A DNA stretch of 64,000 nucleotides from a virus (taxonomy: Duplodnaviria; Heunggongvirae; Uroviricota; Caudoviricetes): positions 1 through 64,000 of IMG/VR virus record IMGVR_UViG_3300015214_000028. The stretch is one strand, 5' to 3'. A program made the position numbers and the translations under genes. This document shows positions 50,760 to 61,800 of this stretch, piece by piece; the stretch's first letter is position 1, and every line of letters begins with the position of its first letter. The notes under the pieces are model-generated. The model worked only from the letters and a program-made list of their open reading frames with translations, ran no database searches and was not told where the DNA came from.

Positions 50760-51707
50760 ATGAAACTATTATTTACAGCCGATTGGCATATTAAACTGGG
50801 CCAGAAAAATGTACCTAGAGATTGGCAGTTAAATCGCTTTCGCAGTATGTTTTCCCAATTACTAACAGAAGAATTTGATCTTTTAGTTATTGGTGGGGAT
50901 ATTTTTGATGCCATGCCGAAACTAGAAGAGCTAGAGCTTTATTTTGAATTTATTAAGCAAGTAGCTCCTAGGCGTACAGTTATTTATCCTGGCAACCACG
51001 AAGCATTAAAGAAAACTACTACATTTCTAACGTATCTAAAAACTATTACGGAAGTGGCCAGTAATGGCTCGGCCACTATTCTTGATGAAATAACTAAAAT
51101 CGACAATATTGATTTTATTCCATATAACAGACTAAAAACATTCAAGCCTGAAGATTTTAGTGGAAATATTCTGTGTACCCATGTCAGAGGAGAAATTCCC
51201 CCGCATGTACATCCAGAAGTTGATTTAGACTTGTTTTACCGATGGGATTTAGTTTTAGCAGGAGATTTGCACTCCCACTCTAATTCACAACGCAATATTG
51301 TCTATCCCGGCTCTCCAGTTACAACTTCGTTCCATAGAAGCGAAACTAAGACAGGCTATTTGCTAGTTGATACTGGATCTCTTAAATGGGAATTTAAAGA
51401 ACTACAGGTTCCCCAATTAATTCGTAAAACAGTTACCAGCCCAGATGAAATGGTAAAGACCGAGTATCACCATACCATCTATGAGTTGGAGGGGGATCTA
51501 GCTAGTCTGAAAGCTAAAGTCAATACGGAACTTCTAGATAAGAAAATTGTTAGAAAAGAGAGCAAGTCAACACTGAGCTTGCATAATTTAACACTTTCTC
51601 AAGAGTTAGAGCTTTATCTAAAAGAAATTATGAAACTAGACTCCACTAGAGTTAAGGAAGTTATGACACTGTTCAATGATAACATTAAAGAAACTACGAT
51701 GGAATAA
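50760..51707 (+). CDS. SbcD/Mre11-like nuclease
   Basis: TADWH, VIGGDIFD, PGNHE, GDLHSH phosphoesterase motifs. Confidence 0.7.
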   Translation: MKLLFTADWHIKLGQKNVPRDWQLNRFRSMFSQLLTEEFDLLVIGGDIFDAMPKLEELELYFEFIKQVAPRRTVIYPGNHEALKKTTTFLTYLKTITEVASNGSATILDEITKIDNIDFIPYNRLKTFKPEDFSGNILCTHVRGEIPPHVHPEVDLDLFYRWDLVLAGDLHSHSNSQRNIVYPGSPVTTSFHRSETKTGYLLVDTGSLKWEFKELQVPQLIRKTVTSPDEMVKTEYHHTIYELEGDLASLKAKVNTELLDKKIVRKESKSTLSLHNLTLSQELELYLKEIMKLDSTRVKEVMTLFNDNIKETTME

Positions 51708-53487
51708 TCTATTTTCCTACGCGGAAAATAACGAAATTAATTTATCAGAAGAGCCGATTACTCAGCTAGTAGGGCTAAACGGACATGGTAAATCCTCAAT
51801 TCCTTTGATTTTAGAAGAGTGTTTATTTAATAAAAACTCCAAAGGCGTTAAAAAGGCAGACATTGTAAATAGAAACTTGGATACTAACAAGTATTCAATG
51901 GCCTTAGACTTTTCAGTTTTTAATGATGAGTATTCTTTAGCCATTAATAGGAGTGGAGCTACTCAAAAAGTTACCCTTCTAAAAAACAAAGAAGATATTT
52001 CTAGTCACACAGCCACTGAGACTTTTAAACAAATAGAGTCTTTGATCGGATTAGACTTTAAAACTTTTTCTCAAATTGTTTATCAAAATTCCTCTTCTAG
52101 CCTACAATTTTTGACTGCTACTGATTCAGCTAGGAAGGCTTTTTTAATTGAGCTTTTATCTTTAGATAAGTATGTAAAGCTATTTGAAGAAATTAAAGCT
52201 TTACATAAGTCATCCTCTGATAACTATACTAAACAAAAATCGAAAGTAGACACTATTAATTCTTTTATCGAGCGGAATTTAAAGACAGATCTAGAAGTAA
52301 AACCATTAAAAGAGCTGCCTGAAAAACCTTCAGAAGAATTATCCGAGAAACTGAATACCATTAACGCTAAAAAACTAGCACTAGAAGAAGTTAATGCTAG
52401 AATTGAGAAAAACAATGCGTATAAGAAAATTCTGGACAATCTTGACAAAGACTTGTTATCCGATAAAACTGAGCCTATTGATACTTCCAGGATTACTGCT
52501 CCTATTACTATTGCTAGGCATGAAATGGCTAGTATTAGTAATACAGAAACTAAGTACTCCAAAATAACTGGATTAGAGACTTGCCCCACTTGTTATCAAG
52601 AAATTAATACTGATACTATCCAAAATATTCTTCAAACTGCTAAATCAAAGAAAGATACGCTACAGCAATTAGTTTCTGATTTAACTGTTCAGCTAGAAAC
52701 TGCTAACTCTATCAATAAAAGAGTTTCTGATAGAGAAAAACTTATTGCGGACTTTGAAAAATATTCTAATTTAATAGACTCTGGTTTGCCAGAACAATTA
52801 TTAGATAAGGAAGAATTAGAGAAAGAGGCAAAGGAAACCGTAGAAGTACTTAAAAAATACAAAGAGCAGCTAAAGAATGTAGAGGACCACAATTCTAAAG
52901 CGGAAGTTCATAACGCTAAAGTTGCAGCTATTAAAGAACAAACTGAAGTTTTTGAAAAAGAACTTGGTGTAGTACTAAATCAACTGCAAATTTTAGAACA
53001 AGAATTAGGCCTTTTAGAGATCCTAAAGAAAGCGTTAAGTACCTCTGGGCTAATTGCTTATAAAATTGAAAATTCAATTAAAGAGCTAGAAGAACTTACC
53101 AATGAGTATCTCGCGGAATTGTCGGACGGTAGGTTTCAGCTAGAGTTTGTACTAAACAATGATAAATTAAAAGTTAGTATTATTGATAGTACTAAGTCAA
53201 TTGATATTTCTGCATTATCAGCTGGAGAATTGGCAAGGGTAACTACTTCTACACTTTTAGCTATCCGTAAATTAATGAGTAGCTTATCTAAATGTAGAAT
53301 TAATATCCTGTTTCTTGATGAAACAATTGATTCTTTAGACACTTTTGGGAGAGAGAAGCTTGTTGAGGTCCTTTTAAAGGAGGAGGGGCTTAATACTTTT
53401 CTTATTTCTCACTCCTATACGCATCCTCTAATTGCTAAAGTCAATGTAATAAAAGAAGAGGACATTAGTAGGTTAGAATTTGGTTGA
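51676..53487 (+). CDS. SbcC/Rad50-like ATPase
   Basis: Walker A GLNGHGKSS, long coiled coil with a CPTC zinc hook, and C-terminal LFLDETIDSLD. Confidence 0.7.
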   Translation: MITLKKLRWNNLFSYAENNEINLSEEPITQLVGLNGHGKSSIPLILEECLFNKNSKGVKKADIVNRNLDTNKYSMALDFSVFNDEYSLAINRSGATQKVTLLKNKEDISSHTATETFKQIESLIGLDFKTFSQIVYQNSSSSLQFLTATDSARKAFLIELLSLDKYVKLFEEIKALHKSSSDNYTKQKSKVDTINSFIERNLKTDLEVKPLKELPEKPSEELSEKLNTINAKKLALEEVNARIEKNNAYKKILDNLDKDLLSDKTEPIDTSRITAPITIARHEMASISNTETKYSKITGLETCPTCYQEINTDTIQNILQTAKSKKDTLQQLVSDLTVQLETANSINKRVSDREKLIADFEKYSNLIDSGLPEQLLDKEELEKEAKETVEVLKKYKEQLKNVEDHNSKAEVHNAKVAAIKEQTEVFEKELGVVLNQLQILEQELGLLEILKKALSTSGLIAYKIENSIKELEELTNEYLAELSDGRFQLEFVLNNDKLKVSIIDSTKSIDISALSAGELARVTTSTLLAIRKLMSSLSKCRINILFLDETIDSLDTFGREKLVEVLLKEEGLNTFLISHSYTHPLIAKVNVIKEEDISRLEFG

Positions 53488-53926
53488 TAGTAAAGCAAAA
53501 GGCGCTAGAGGGGAAGACGCCGCTAAGAAAAAATTGAAAGAATTAACAGGTCTTAACTGGGAACGAGTGCCCTTAAGTGGAGCAATGCATCAGAGATTAA
53601 TGATGAAAGGGGACTTGTTTATACCTGGAGTAGATAACGTTTACTGTGTAGAGGTAAAGAACTATCAAGATGACCATCTTACTTCTAAGTATTTAACAGA
53701 TAAAACTCCCCAGCTATCTACTTGGTGGGCTCAAACTATAAGAGAAGCCGGGCAAGTAAACAAACTACCCCTTTTAATTTTTAAATTTAATAGATCTAAA
53801 TTTTTTGTAGCTTTTCAATCTGAGAATAGGCCCAAGTCTGAATTTGTATACCTATCTAAAGATAATGTATATGTCATGCTACTAGAGACTTGGATTAGTG
53901 AATATACTCCAAAATTCATACAATGA
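53480..53926 (+). CDS. putative PD-(D/E)xK nuclease (recombination or Holliday-junction-resolvase-like)
   Basis: GDLFIPGVDNVYCVEVKN (D...EVK). Confidence 0.4.
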   Translation: MVDSKAKGARGEDAAKKKLKELTGLNWERVPLSGAMHQRLMMKGDLFIPGVDNVYCVEVKNYQDDHLTSKYLTDKTPQLSTWWAQTIREAGQVNKLPLLIFKFNRSKFFVAFQSENRPKSEFVYLSKDNVYVMLLETWISEYTPKFIQ

Positions 53927-54756
53927 AATTTATTGAAACAATGAAGCCTAGAAGCAATTCTAGGCTTCTTATCGTGGACGCGTTAAATTTTAGCTTCAGA
54001 TGGAAACACAGGAAGCAATTTGATTTTGCAGAAGACTACTTCAGAACAGTGCAGTCTTTAGCAAAATCTTATTCTACTGGTGAAATTCTGATTACAGCGG
54101 ATAAAGGTTCTTCATCTTATAGGCGAGAAATATATCCAGAGTATAAAGCTAATAGAGCTGAGAAATACGCCAATCAAACTGAACAGGAGAAAGCAGACGC
54201 AGAGGCTTTCTTTAATGGCTATGAAGAAACTCTGCTTCTTTTAGCCAAAGAATTTCCTATACTTAGATTCAACAGAGTAGAGGCAGACGATATTGCTGCC
54301 TGCTTAGTTAAGAACAATCAAAAGTTCGAACATATTTGGTTAGTGTCCTCAGACAAAGATTGGAATTTACTAGTAAATGAGAATGTAAGTCAATTTTCTT
54401 GTATTACTAGGAAAGAAACTACTAATGATAACTGGTTTGAACATCATCAAGTGAGCCCAGAGTTTTATCTAGGACTAAAATGCCTACAAGGAGATACTGG
54501 AGATAATATTAAAGGTATTTCTGGTATTGGCCCTAAAAGAGGCTATGAACTCTTAGAAAAATATGATGGAATCAATGGGTTAATGGATAGCCTTCCTCTA
54601 AAAGGTACGGCTAAGTACATTCAAGCTTTAAATACGGAAGGTCCTACCACTATTCCAAGAAATATCCAATTAATGGACTTATTTAGTTTTTGCGAAGAAG
54701 CTATAGGCCACGATAATGTAAAGGAAGTGAACAAACATGTCAGTAGTTCCAATTAA
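53923..54756 (+). CDS. 5'-3' exonuclease / flap endonuclease (T5 D15 / T4 RNase H-like)
   Basis: N-terminal PIN-like LIVDALNF; H3TH motif GISGIGPKRGYELL. Confidence 0.7.
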   Translation: MKFIETMKPRSNSRLLIVDALNFSFRWKHRKQFDFAEDYFRTVQSLAKSYSTGEILITADKGSSSYRREIYPEYKANRAEKYANQTEQEKADAEAFFNGYEETLLLLAKEFPILRFNRVEADDIAACLVKNNQKFEHIWLVSSDKDWNLLVNENVSQFSCITRKETTNDNWFEHHQVSPEFYLGLKCLQGDTGDNIKGISGIGPKRGYELLEKYDGINGLMDSLPLKGTAKYIQALNTEGPTTIPRNIQLMDLFSFCEEAIGHDNVKEVNKHVSSSN

Positions 54757-55177
54757 GGTTGTAAATAGGGGTCCTAACCCCCTCCCTACCTATGCCCTCA
54801 GAGGAGACGCAGGAGTAGACGTTAGGGCTGCTAAAACCGTTACTATTACCCCCGGAGAAACTACCCTAGTTCCTACAGGGCTGTATGTAGCAATTCCTCC
54901 AGGCTATGAGCTACAGGCACGGCCACGGAGTGGCCTATCTCTGCGCTCGGATTTGAGAATTCCCAACTCTCCAGGTACTATTGATTCTAATTACCGAGGG
55001 GAAATTCAAATTATTATGCAGCATACTGGGTTTAATGAAGAAATTGTAATTAAAGAAGGCGAGCGTATTGCTCAGCTAGTATTAAATAGAGTACCCACTA
55101 TTTTATGGGACGAACTAGATACCCTACCTGACTCGGATCGAGGAGACGCAGGGTTCGGAAGCACAGGAGTAAAATGA
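54737..55177 (+). CDS. dut: dUTPase
   Basis: AGVDVRA, RSGLSLRSD, GTIDSNYRGEIQIIM, GDAGFGSTG dUTPase motifs. Confidence 0.75.
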   Translation: MSVVPIKVVNRGPNPLPTYALRGDAGVDVRAAKTVTITPGETTLVPTGLYVAIPPGYELQARPRSGLSLRSDLRIPNSPGTIDSNYRGEIQIIMQHTGFNEEIVIKEGERIAQLVLNRVPTILWDELDTLPDSDRGDAGFGSTGVK

Positions 55178-57075
55178 GTCAATTTGTAATGACTCCTTAT
55201 GAGGAGTTTATTCATAAATCACGTTACGCTAGATATTTAGACGAAAAACAACGTAGAGAAAATTGGGATGAAACCGTAGAGCGATATCTAGGTTTCATGA
55301 AAAAACACTTAGCGGACAAACATTCGTATGTAATTTCTGATAGTATGTATACTCGGCTATACAAAGCTATTCACGAAATGTCAGTTATGCCCTCTATGAG
55401 GGCAATGATGACCGCTGGTGACGCCCTTGCTAGAGATAACACTGCAGGGTTTAACTGCTCCTATCTTCCAGTAGATGACTATCGTAGCTTCGATGAGGCT
55501 ATGTTCATTCTGCTGTGTGGTACTGGAGTGGGCTTTAGTGTTGAAAGGCAATACGTTAATAAACTGCCTGAAGTACCTAAACTTCTTAATACTGCAACAA
55601 CAATTATTGTTGAGGACAGCAAGGAGGGTTGGGCACTGTCACTAAGACAATTAATCGCTCTCCTATATAGCGGACAAATTCCAAAATGGGACACCTCACT
55701 AGTCCGTCCTGCTGGTGCTAGACTGAAGACTTTTGGCGGGCGTGCTAGCGGTCCTGGCCCTCTAATTGAGCTTTTCCAATTTGTTATTAATATCTTCAAG
55801 CAGGCGCAAGGGCGCCGGCTTACGAGTATCGAAGCCCATGATATTATGTGTAAAATTGGGGAAGTGGTGGTCGTGGGGGGAGTGAGACGTAGTGCTATGA
55901 TTTCCTTGTCCAACCTCTCTGATGATCGTATGCGACATGCTAAAAGCGGTGCTTGGTGGGATGTAGCAGGCCATAGAGCTTTAGCAAATAACTCAGTAGC
56001 ATACACAGAGAGGCCTGACGTTGGAAGCTTCATGAGAGAATGGATTGCCCTTTATGAATCTAAATCAGGTGAACGAGGGATCTTCAATAGGGAGGCTGCC
56101 AAAGCAATCGTAGAAATGAGTGGCCGAAGGGATGCATCCTTTGATTTTGGGACAAACCCGTGTTCTGAAATTATCTTGAGACCATACGAGTTCTGTAATC
56201 TCTCAGAGATTGTTGTAAGAGAAGGAGACACTGATAGTTCTCTACAGGACAAAGCAGAAATTGCTACAATCCTTGGAACTTTTCAGTCTACTCTAACAAA
56301 TTTCCCTTACCTAAGAGACATTTGGAAAGAGAATACGGAAGAAGAGAGACTTCTGGGTGTTAGTATGACTGGCATTATGGACAGCCCTCTTACTAACGGA
56401 AAAGACTCGAAACTTAAAGAACGGTTAGAAGGCTTGAAATCTTTAGCAGTTAGTGTTAATGCAAAGATGGCAAATGAACTGGGAATTCAGGCTTCAGCGG
56501 CTATTACGTGTGTGAAGCCTAGTGGTACGGTTTCTCAATTAACTGATTCTGCTAGCGGGATTCACGCTAGACACTCCAAATACTACTTTAGGCGGATTAG
56601 AGGGGACATTAAAGACCCACTAACACAGTTTATGATTTCTCAGGGCATTCCTAATGAACCCTGTGTAATGAAGCCAAATCAAACAGTAGTGTTTACCTTT
56701 CCTAAACGCGCTCCAGAATATGGAGTATTTAGGGAAGACATGACCGCTTTAGAACATTTAGAGCTATGGCTTACGTACCAGAAGCACTGGTGTGAACATA
56801 AGCCCTCTGTAACCATTAATGTTATGGATCATGAGTGGCCTGAAGTAGGTACTTTTGTTTGGAACAACTTTGATTGGATGAGTGGAGTGTCTTTCTTGCC
56901 ATATGATGGAGGAAGTTACAGACAAGCCCCCTATGAAGAATGTACTAAGGAAGATTATGAAGCAATGCTTGATAAAATTCCTACACACCTAAACTGGGAT
57001 TCAATTATTGAAGCAGATGATGAAACAGAAGGAGCACAAACACTAGCTTGCGTAGCCGGTATTTGTGAAGTGTAA
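55174..57075 (+). CDS. class II (adenosylcobalamin-type, NrdJ-like) ribonucleotide reductase
   Basis: FGTNPCSEIILRPYEFCNLSEI (NPC(G/S)E active-site loop); 633 aa. Confidence 0.6.
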   Translation: MSQFVMTPYEEFIHKSRYARYLDEKQRRENWDETVERYLGFMKKHLADKHSYVISDSMYTRLYKAIHEMSVMPSMRAMMTAGDALARDNTAGFNCSYLPVDDYRSFDEAMFILLCGTGVGFSVERQYVNKLPEVPKLLNTATTIIVEDSKEGWALSLRQLIALLYSGQIPKWDTSLVRPAGARLKTFGGRASGPGPLIELFQFVINIFKQAQGRRLTSIEAHDIMCKIGEVVVVGGVRRSAMISLSNLSDDRMRHAKSGAWWDVAGHRALANNSVAYTERPDVGSFMREWIALYESKSGERGIFNREAAKAIVEMSGRRDASFDFGTNPCSEIILRPYEFCNLSEIVVREGDTDSSLQDKAEIATILGTFQSTLTNFPYLRDIWKENTEEERLLGVSMTGIMDSPLTNGKDSKLKERLEGLKSLAVSVNAKMANELGIQASAAITCVKPSGTVSQLTDSASGIHARHSKYYFRRIRGDIKDPLTQFMISQGIPNEPCVMKPNQTVVFTFPKRAPEYGVFREDMTALEHLELWLTYQKHWCEHKPSVTINVMDHEWPEVGTFVWNNFDWMSGVSFLPYDGGSYRQAPYEECTKEDYEAMLDKIPTHLNWDSIIEADDETEGAQTLACVAGICEV

Positions 57076-57077
57076 CA

Positions 57078-57112
57078 AAAAAGCCCCGTAGAGCAATCTA
57101 CGGGGCTTTTTT
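57078..57112. terminator. bidirectional rho-independent terminator between convergent blocks
   Basis: AAAAA-AGCCCCGTAG-agcaat-CTACGGGGCT-TTTTT. Confidence 0.75.
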
Positions 57113-57387
57113 CATTCCTTAGGACATACATTTCTACCTTTTAATATAGCTATTAGTATAAATAGAATACCTAGGTCTTTAAACATCCATATTGGTAAAT
57201 TAAAAACAGGGTATACTCCAAATACTATTTGTTTAGCTGCATCAAATAGTAGGCCTAGTGCTAAAACTAATAGTCCTATTTTTACAGTTTTGCGAAAGTT
57301 TATTAAGTTAAAAAGTAGTGTAACAGTAATTAGAATAATACTTACTATATTAGCTGCTAGAACTGCATACTGTTCAAGGAGTACCAC
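57112..57387 (-). CDS. small membrane protein (holin/antiholin-like, three TM helices)
   Basis: Track ORF; hydrophobic; in the lysis cassette. Confidence 0.45.
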   Translation of the reverse strand: MVLLEQYAVLAANIVSIILITVTLLFNLINFRKTVKIGLLVLALGLLFDAAKQIVFGVYPVFNLPIWMFKDLGILFILIAILKGRNVCPKE

Positions 57388-57389
57388 AA

Positions 57390-57752
57390 TTATTTATCCC
57401 TCCTTAGTAGTTCTTTAACAATCTGGGCTATATCTTCCTCGTGCCGTTTAGAGAAAAAATTGGCTAAAAAATTAAGGACTCCCATCGAGAGTGCCCCAAT
57501 TACCCAGCCTATTCCTAAAGCAACATCCAAAGATGCAGTATCCATGCCAGCTATAGTAGCTATAAGGCCACCTAGACTAAAGGCACTCCCAACTGAAACA
57601 CCTCCGATAATAGCTCCTGCGGCTAAACTACCATATCTTTTAAGCCTTTCAGGCAGCCAGAATACCGCTATACAAAGAGCCCCTAATAGGCCTGAAATAC
57701 CACTAATTAATTTAGTGATTAAAAACTCCTGCGTTGGCGGATCCAGTTGCAT
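57390..57752 (-). CDS. holin-like membrane protein (3-4 TM helices)
   Basis: Track ORF adjacent to the endolysin. Confidence 0.45.
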   Translation of the reverse strand: MQLDPPTQEFLITKLISGISGLLGALCIAVFWLPERLKRYGSLAAGAIIGGVSVGSAFSLGGLIATIAGMDTASLDVALGIGWVIGALSMGVLNFLANFFSKRHEEDIAQIVKELLRRDK

Positions 57753-57787
57753 TTACTCCTCTTATAAAAAAAAATGGGTGCTCCCTT

Positions 57788-58363
57788 CTATTTAACACCC
57801 AAAAATCTTTCAGGGTATAAAAGATACTCAGCTTCTAAGTTTCTTCTACGTACTAAACCCGGGAGAATTTTTCCTCCCCCAAATTTCCATCTTAAGCATT
57901 CTTTAGCAGAAGCTTCCCAATTTTTTTCTAGCAGTCTTTTTCTAAATGTAGAGCCTGCAAAAGCAGTAGCCCCTAAATTAAAAACAAAATCAGTTACCGC
58001 TGCTAGTCTAATAGGATCTTCCTTTAGTACTGGGCAAAGTCGTATAGTGTCACTCAAATAATCTGGAAGTATAGCTACTAAACGTCTATCTGCTTCTTCT
58101 CTAGTAATTGGAGGCACAGACATTGAGGAGACTCGAATACCCCACCCTTGAGTGGGGTATCCTGCTGGACATATATAAGGATATATAAGACCGTCTTTAC
58201 CTACTTTATGCAGCCCCTCAAATTCTTGTACTAAAGGAATTAATGCATAAGGCACTCCATTCGGGTAGCTAAGCTCTTGAGATTGAGGTTGAGGTTGAGG
58301 TTGAGGTTGAGGTTGAGATTGGGAGGACTTTTCTAAAATAGACACTAACCACTTCCACATCAC
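57788..58363 (-). CDS. endolysin, GH24 (T4-lysozyme-like) with an N-terminal (QP)n linker
   Basis: EFEGLHKVGKDGLIYPYICPAGYPTQGWG catalytic motif; SQSQPQPQPQPQPQSQ encoded by (GGTTGA)n at 58270-58316. Confidence 0.65.
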   Translation of the reverse strand: MMWKWLVSILEKSSQSQPQPQPQPQPQSQELSYPNGVPYALIPLVQEFEGLHKVGKDGLIYPYICPAGYPTQGWGIRVSSMSVPPITREEADRRLVAILPDYLSDTIRLCPVLKEDPIRLAAVTDFVFNLGATAFAGSTFRKRLLEKNWEASAKECLRWKFGGGKILPGLVRRRNLEAEYLLYPERFLGVK

Positions 58364-58830
58364 AGCCCTTTTTTACGAAGTGCTCTATCTAAGAACCAAA
58401 AGCCAACGATACTACCGATAACTGCTTTGTCAAATTCAGTAACTAATAAATTAGCTACAGTTATTAGATCAGCTTCTTGATTTACCGCTACGGCTACAGT
58501 TATTAACTTGTAGGCAGAGTATAAAATAATGCACCACCAATAAGTTAGCAGGGGGCGTACAGACGCGTTGATAGCATCTATAAATCTTATGCCTGAAGTT
58601 TTAACTTCTAAAGCATAGGGTAGCGCATTCGCCCAGGCCCCTTCTACCATAGCTTCCGTTGTTGCAGTGATTTCTCTTTCTTTATGCTGCCATTTTAATT
58701 TTTCAAGCTCCATGCTCTTATCAAGCAATGCTATTTCATGTTTTAAGTCTCTACCCTGTCTAAAAAATTCTAAAACAGAGGGGAACAGCCTAAAAAGGCC
58801 GCCCCCTATTAAGGAAAGTAATTCAAACAT
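58360..58830 (-). CDS. hypothetical membrane-associated protein (156 aa)
   Basis: Track ORF with one TM segment. Confidence 0.4.
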   Translation of the reverse strand: MFELLSLIGGGLFRLFPSVLEFFRQGRDLKHEIALLDKSMELEKLKWQHKEREITATTEAMVEGAWANALPYALEVKTSGIRFIDAINASVRPLLTYWWCIILYSAYKLITVAVAVNQEADLITVANLLVTEFDKAVIGSIVGFWFLDRALRKKGL

Positions 58831-61800
58831 TTAATTTCTTCTTTAGTTCCTCTACTTGAGCAGATAGCTCTTGTACAGCTTTTACTAATATTGGAATAAG
58901 TTGTAGTTCCCTGATGGCCAAGTGCGCTTCTTCATTAGTAGATTCTACTAATTCAGGAACAATAGACTTGACTTGCTGCGCTGAAAAACCCCACCATTTT
59001 CTATGGGTATCATCATTCTTCCAACTGTAAGTAATAGGTTGAAATTTTAATAAAGCACCTAACCCCGGGTTAGTATCTGCATCTTCAATATTTTTTAAAC
59101 GAATATCTGAAGCGCCACCTGCTATTAGATGTCCAAGATGAAATACTACTGAAAAACCATTAAAAGTAGAGTTAGAGAATGAGCCAGAGAAAAATAAGCC
59201 TGTTGTGCCTATATTAGGGTTCGTACCTGTGGCCCTAATTGCAAAGTTACTGCTATAATCATTAATTGCAACGGTACCAGCATCATTGCTAGCATAGGCA
59301 TCATAAATATCTACGCCATCCGTAAGGGCTGTATCCGTAGATAAGCGCCTAAACAAAGCAGTGTACCCACTATTGGGGGAGGAAACCGCCTTAATCGCAG
59401 CGTTATAAGTAGCTAATTGTACATCAGTATTGATGTTGCCCTTAGAAGAATACCCAGTCCCTTTAAACCTAGAAAACCAACCACCTTTAGCATACATATT
59501 GCTACCGGTTAGATCTGCTCCGTTAAAGGCTTGACCTCTTACTGCTGCGTAGGTATTTCCGGAGGCAAGTGAGCCAATGTACTTCCATGAAGATATCGAG
59601 GTTGAATTAGAAGCGCTAAACACTCCCACAACAGCATTTCCACCACTACTAATATAGTTTAAGGAAGCCGAAGAAATTCCTTTGTGAATCCAAACAGGAG
59701 CAGCATCATCAACTGTGTTTGTAGCTGAAAGAAGGACTCTATTGGAGTCCCCAACTGCCTTTGTTAAGTGGAAATTAGAGGTATGGTTTCCTACTACTGT
59801 TCCCTCGGTAGAGATGGATAGTGTAGAATTGGCAGAGGATCCTAAAGATAGGGTGCCTCCTAAGGATACTCTACTGGTAGTAGCTACAATATATGCATTA
59901 GAATTCCCAATTGCAAATTGTCCCGAACTGTTAACTCTAAAGCCCGCTCCTGAACTAATATAGTCATAATACGTGCTGGAACTAACTACTGGAGGAGACG
60001 ACCCCGCTGTAATACTGGTAGAAACATTTAAAGAGCCAGTATTAGCAGTAATGGCACTTAAAGTACCTACTTTAAGACTAGATAGGTAGGGAGTGTACCA
60101 GGTAGTCTCATTAGTTACTGGGTTATAGATACCGTCTGTCTGATACAGGCTATTGCTAGAACTAGGTAAAGGATCGTTACCATACCAGGTAATGTTCATC
60201 GACCATGCACTATTTGATTGAGAACTGTTAGGAAAGTCAGTATTTCCGATAGTTGTAACGGTACCAGAGACTGGATTTACGTTACCAAACCTAGCATAGG
60301 CTGTTCTATATGACGCCCCTTGTGGTCCCGCAGTACCTACACCTGTAGCCCCTTGCTTAGCTTTGGCTACAGTAAGAATATGGGTGTACCATACTGAGTT
60401 ATACTGAGCAGCTAATTCAAAAGTCACAGCATCCGTATTCCAAGATGCTCCAGATAAGGTAATAGCGCCAGAAGAATTAATAGCGCAGGTTAATCCGTTT
60501 TTGTTTTGTGAAGTAGCATAAGTGGTAGGCCCAGTTTTAACTCTATAATTAATTCCAGAAGTTAATTGTTCTCCTCCAGAGTATAGTCTTAATGCGTTTC
60601 CTGAAGGTAGAGTGTAACCCCCACCACTAGTATTAGTGGGAACTATTAAGTTTTCTGATATTAAATCTGCAAATACTGCGGAATCACCTTTTTTCGATTT
60701 AGCAATTACATATGCAGTCGAATAAGGAACACTATCATAAGTAGCTGTAAAGATAAACTCTACTTTATCTGTATTCCATGAACCGGAAAATGTAACATTT
60801 CCAGAAGAGTCAATATTAGCCACTACCCCCACAACACTAGAAGTATATGAATAAGTTATGCCGCTAGTAATTAAAGTATTACCCAGATATAATCTAATTT
60901 GATTTGTTGGGTAACTAAATCCACTACCGTCCGCTAAAGCGGGAACTACATCTGCCTCTGAAAGGAGATCGATAGTAATAGGGTTTCCACCATTGGCACC
61001 ATTATAGGCTTCTGGTCGTACTGCCGCAGTAACCCAGTTAATGGGCGTAGTAGCAGCATTAGCACTATCTACTAGACGTAAAGACGCAGAGTATAAAGTA
61101 GTTCCTGGTGCGGGCGCCGGGATAGTTTTAGTCCATCCGCTAGGATCACTAAAGTTTCCGGTAGACCAGGTGTACGTACTAGTACCAGTTGGGCCCGCGG
61201 GTATTGTTAAGTCTAATTTATAGACTTTAATTTCAGCGGACTGAATAAAGTCTCCTTCCTCACCGTTTTCAGAGCGATAAACAGATACAGAAGGATTTGC
61301 CCAATTAACTAAGCTCGTAGTGTTTTGCTCTTCAGTAGTAATACTTTGAGCAGCTACCCATAGGTAAACACTAGATCCTCCAGGATTTGGACCAAAAGTA
61401 TTAGACCAACCGTTTATTCCAGTATAAGGACTTAATGAGTTTGTACTCCAAGTGTAGGTCTGAACACCCGTTGGATTTCCCGGCTTAACACTGCTCCACT
61501 GAAAAAGGAATACTCTAGAAGTTTTTAGTGCTTTTTCTAGCGAAACTGCAGAAACAGGGCCTACTTCTGGTAACAAATTACCATTCCTGTCTAAGATTCT
61601 AGCCCAGAAATACCAAGTTTCGCCGGCCTCTAGCTCTGCTTTAAAGCCTTCTCCCGTAGTCGTTCCAAGGGTGGTAGCTGTAGAGAAGTCATTTACTAGA
61701 CTGTATAGAATCTCAATATGTTTTATGGCTACTAATAGACTATTTGGGTTTGTCCAAGTTAATACTACTCCTCCGGAGGCACTAGTAGCCGCTAGCCCGG

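Noticed and set aside
57774-58061. Plus-strand ORFs 57460..57795 and 57774..58061
   Set aside because: Antisense to the holin and endolysin genes of the minus-strand lysis cassette.
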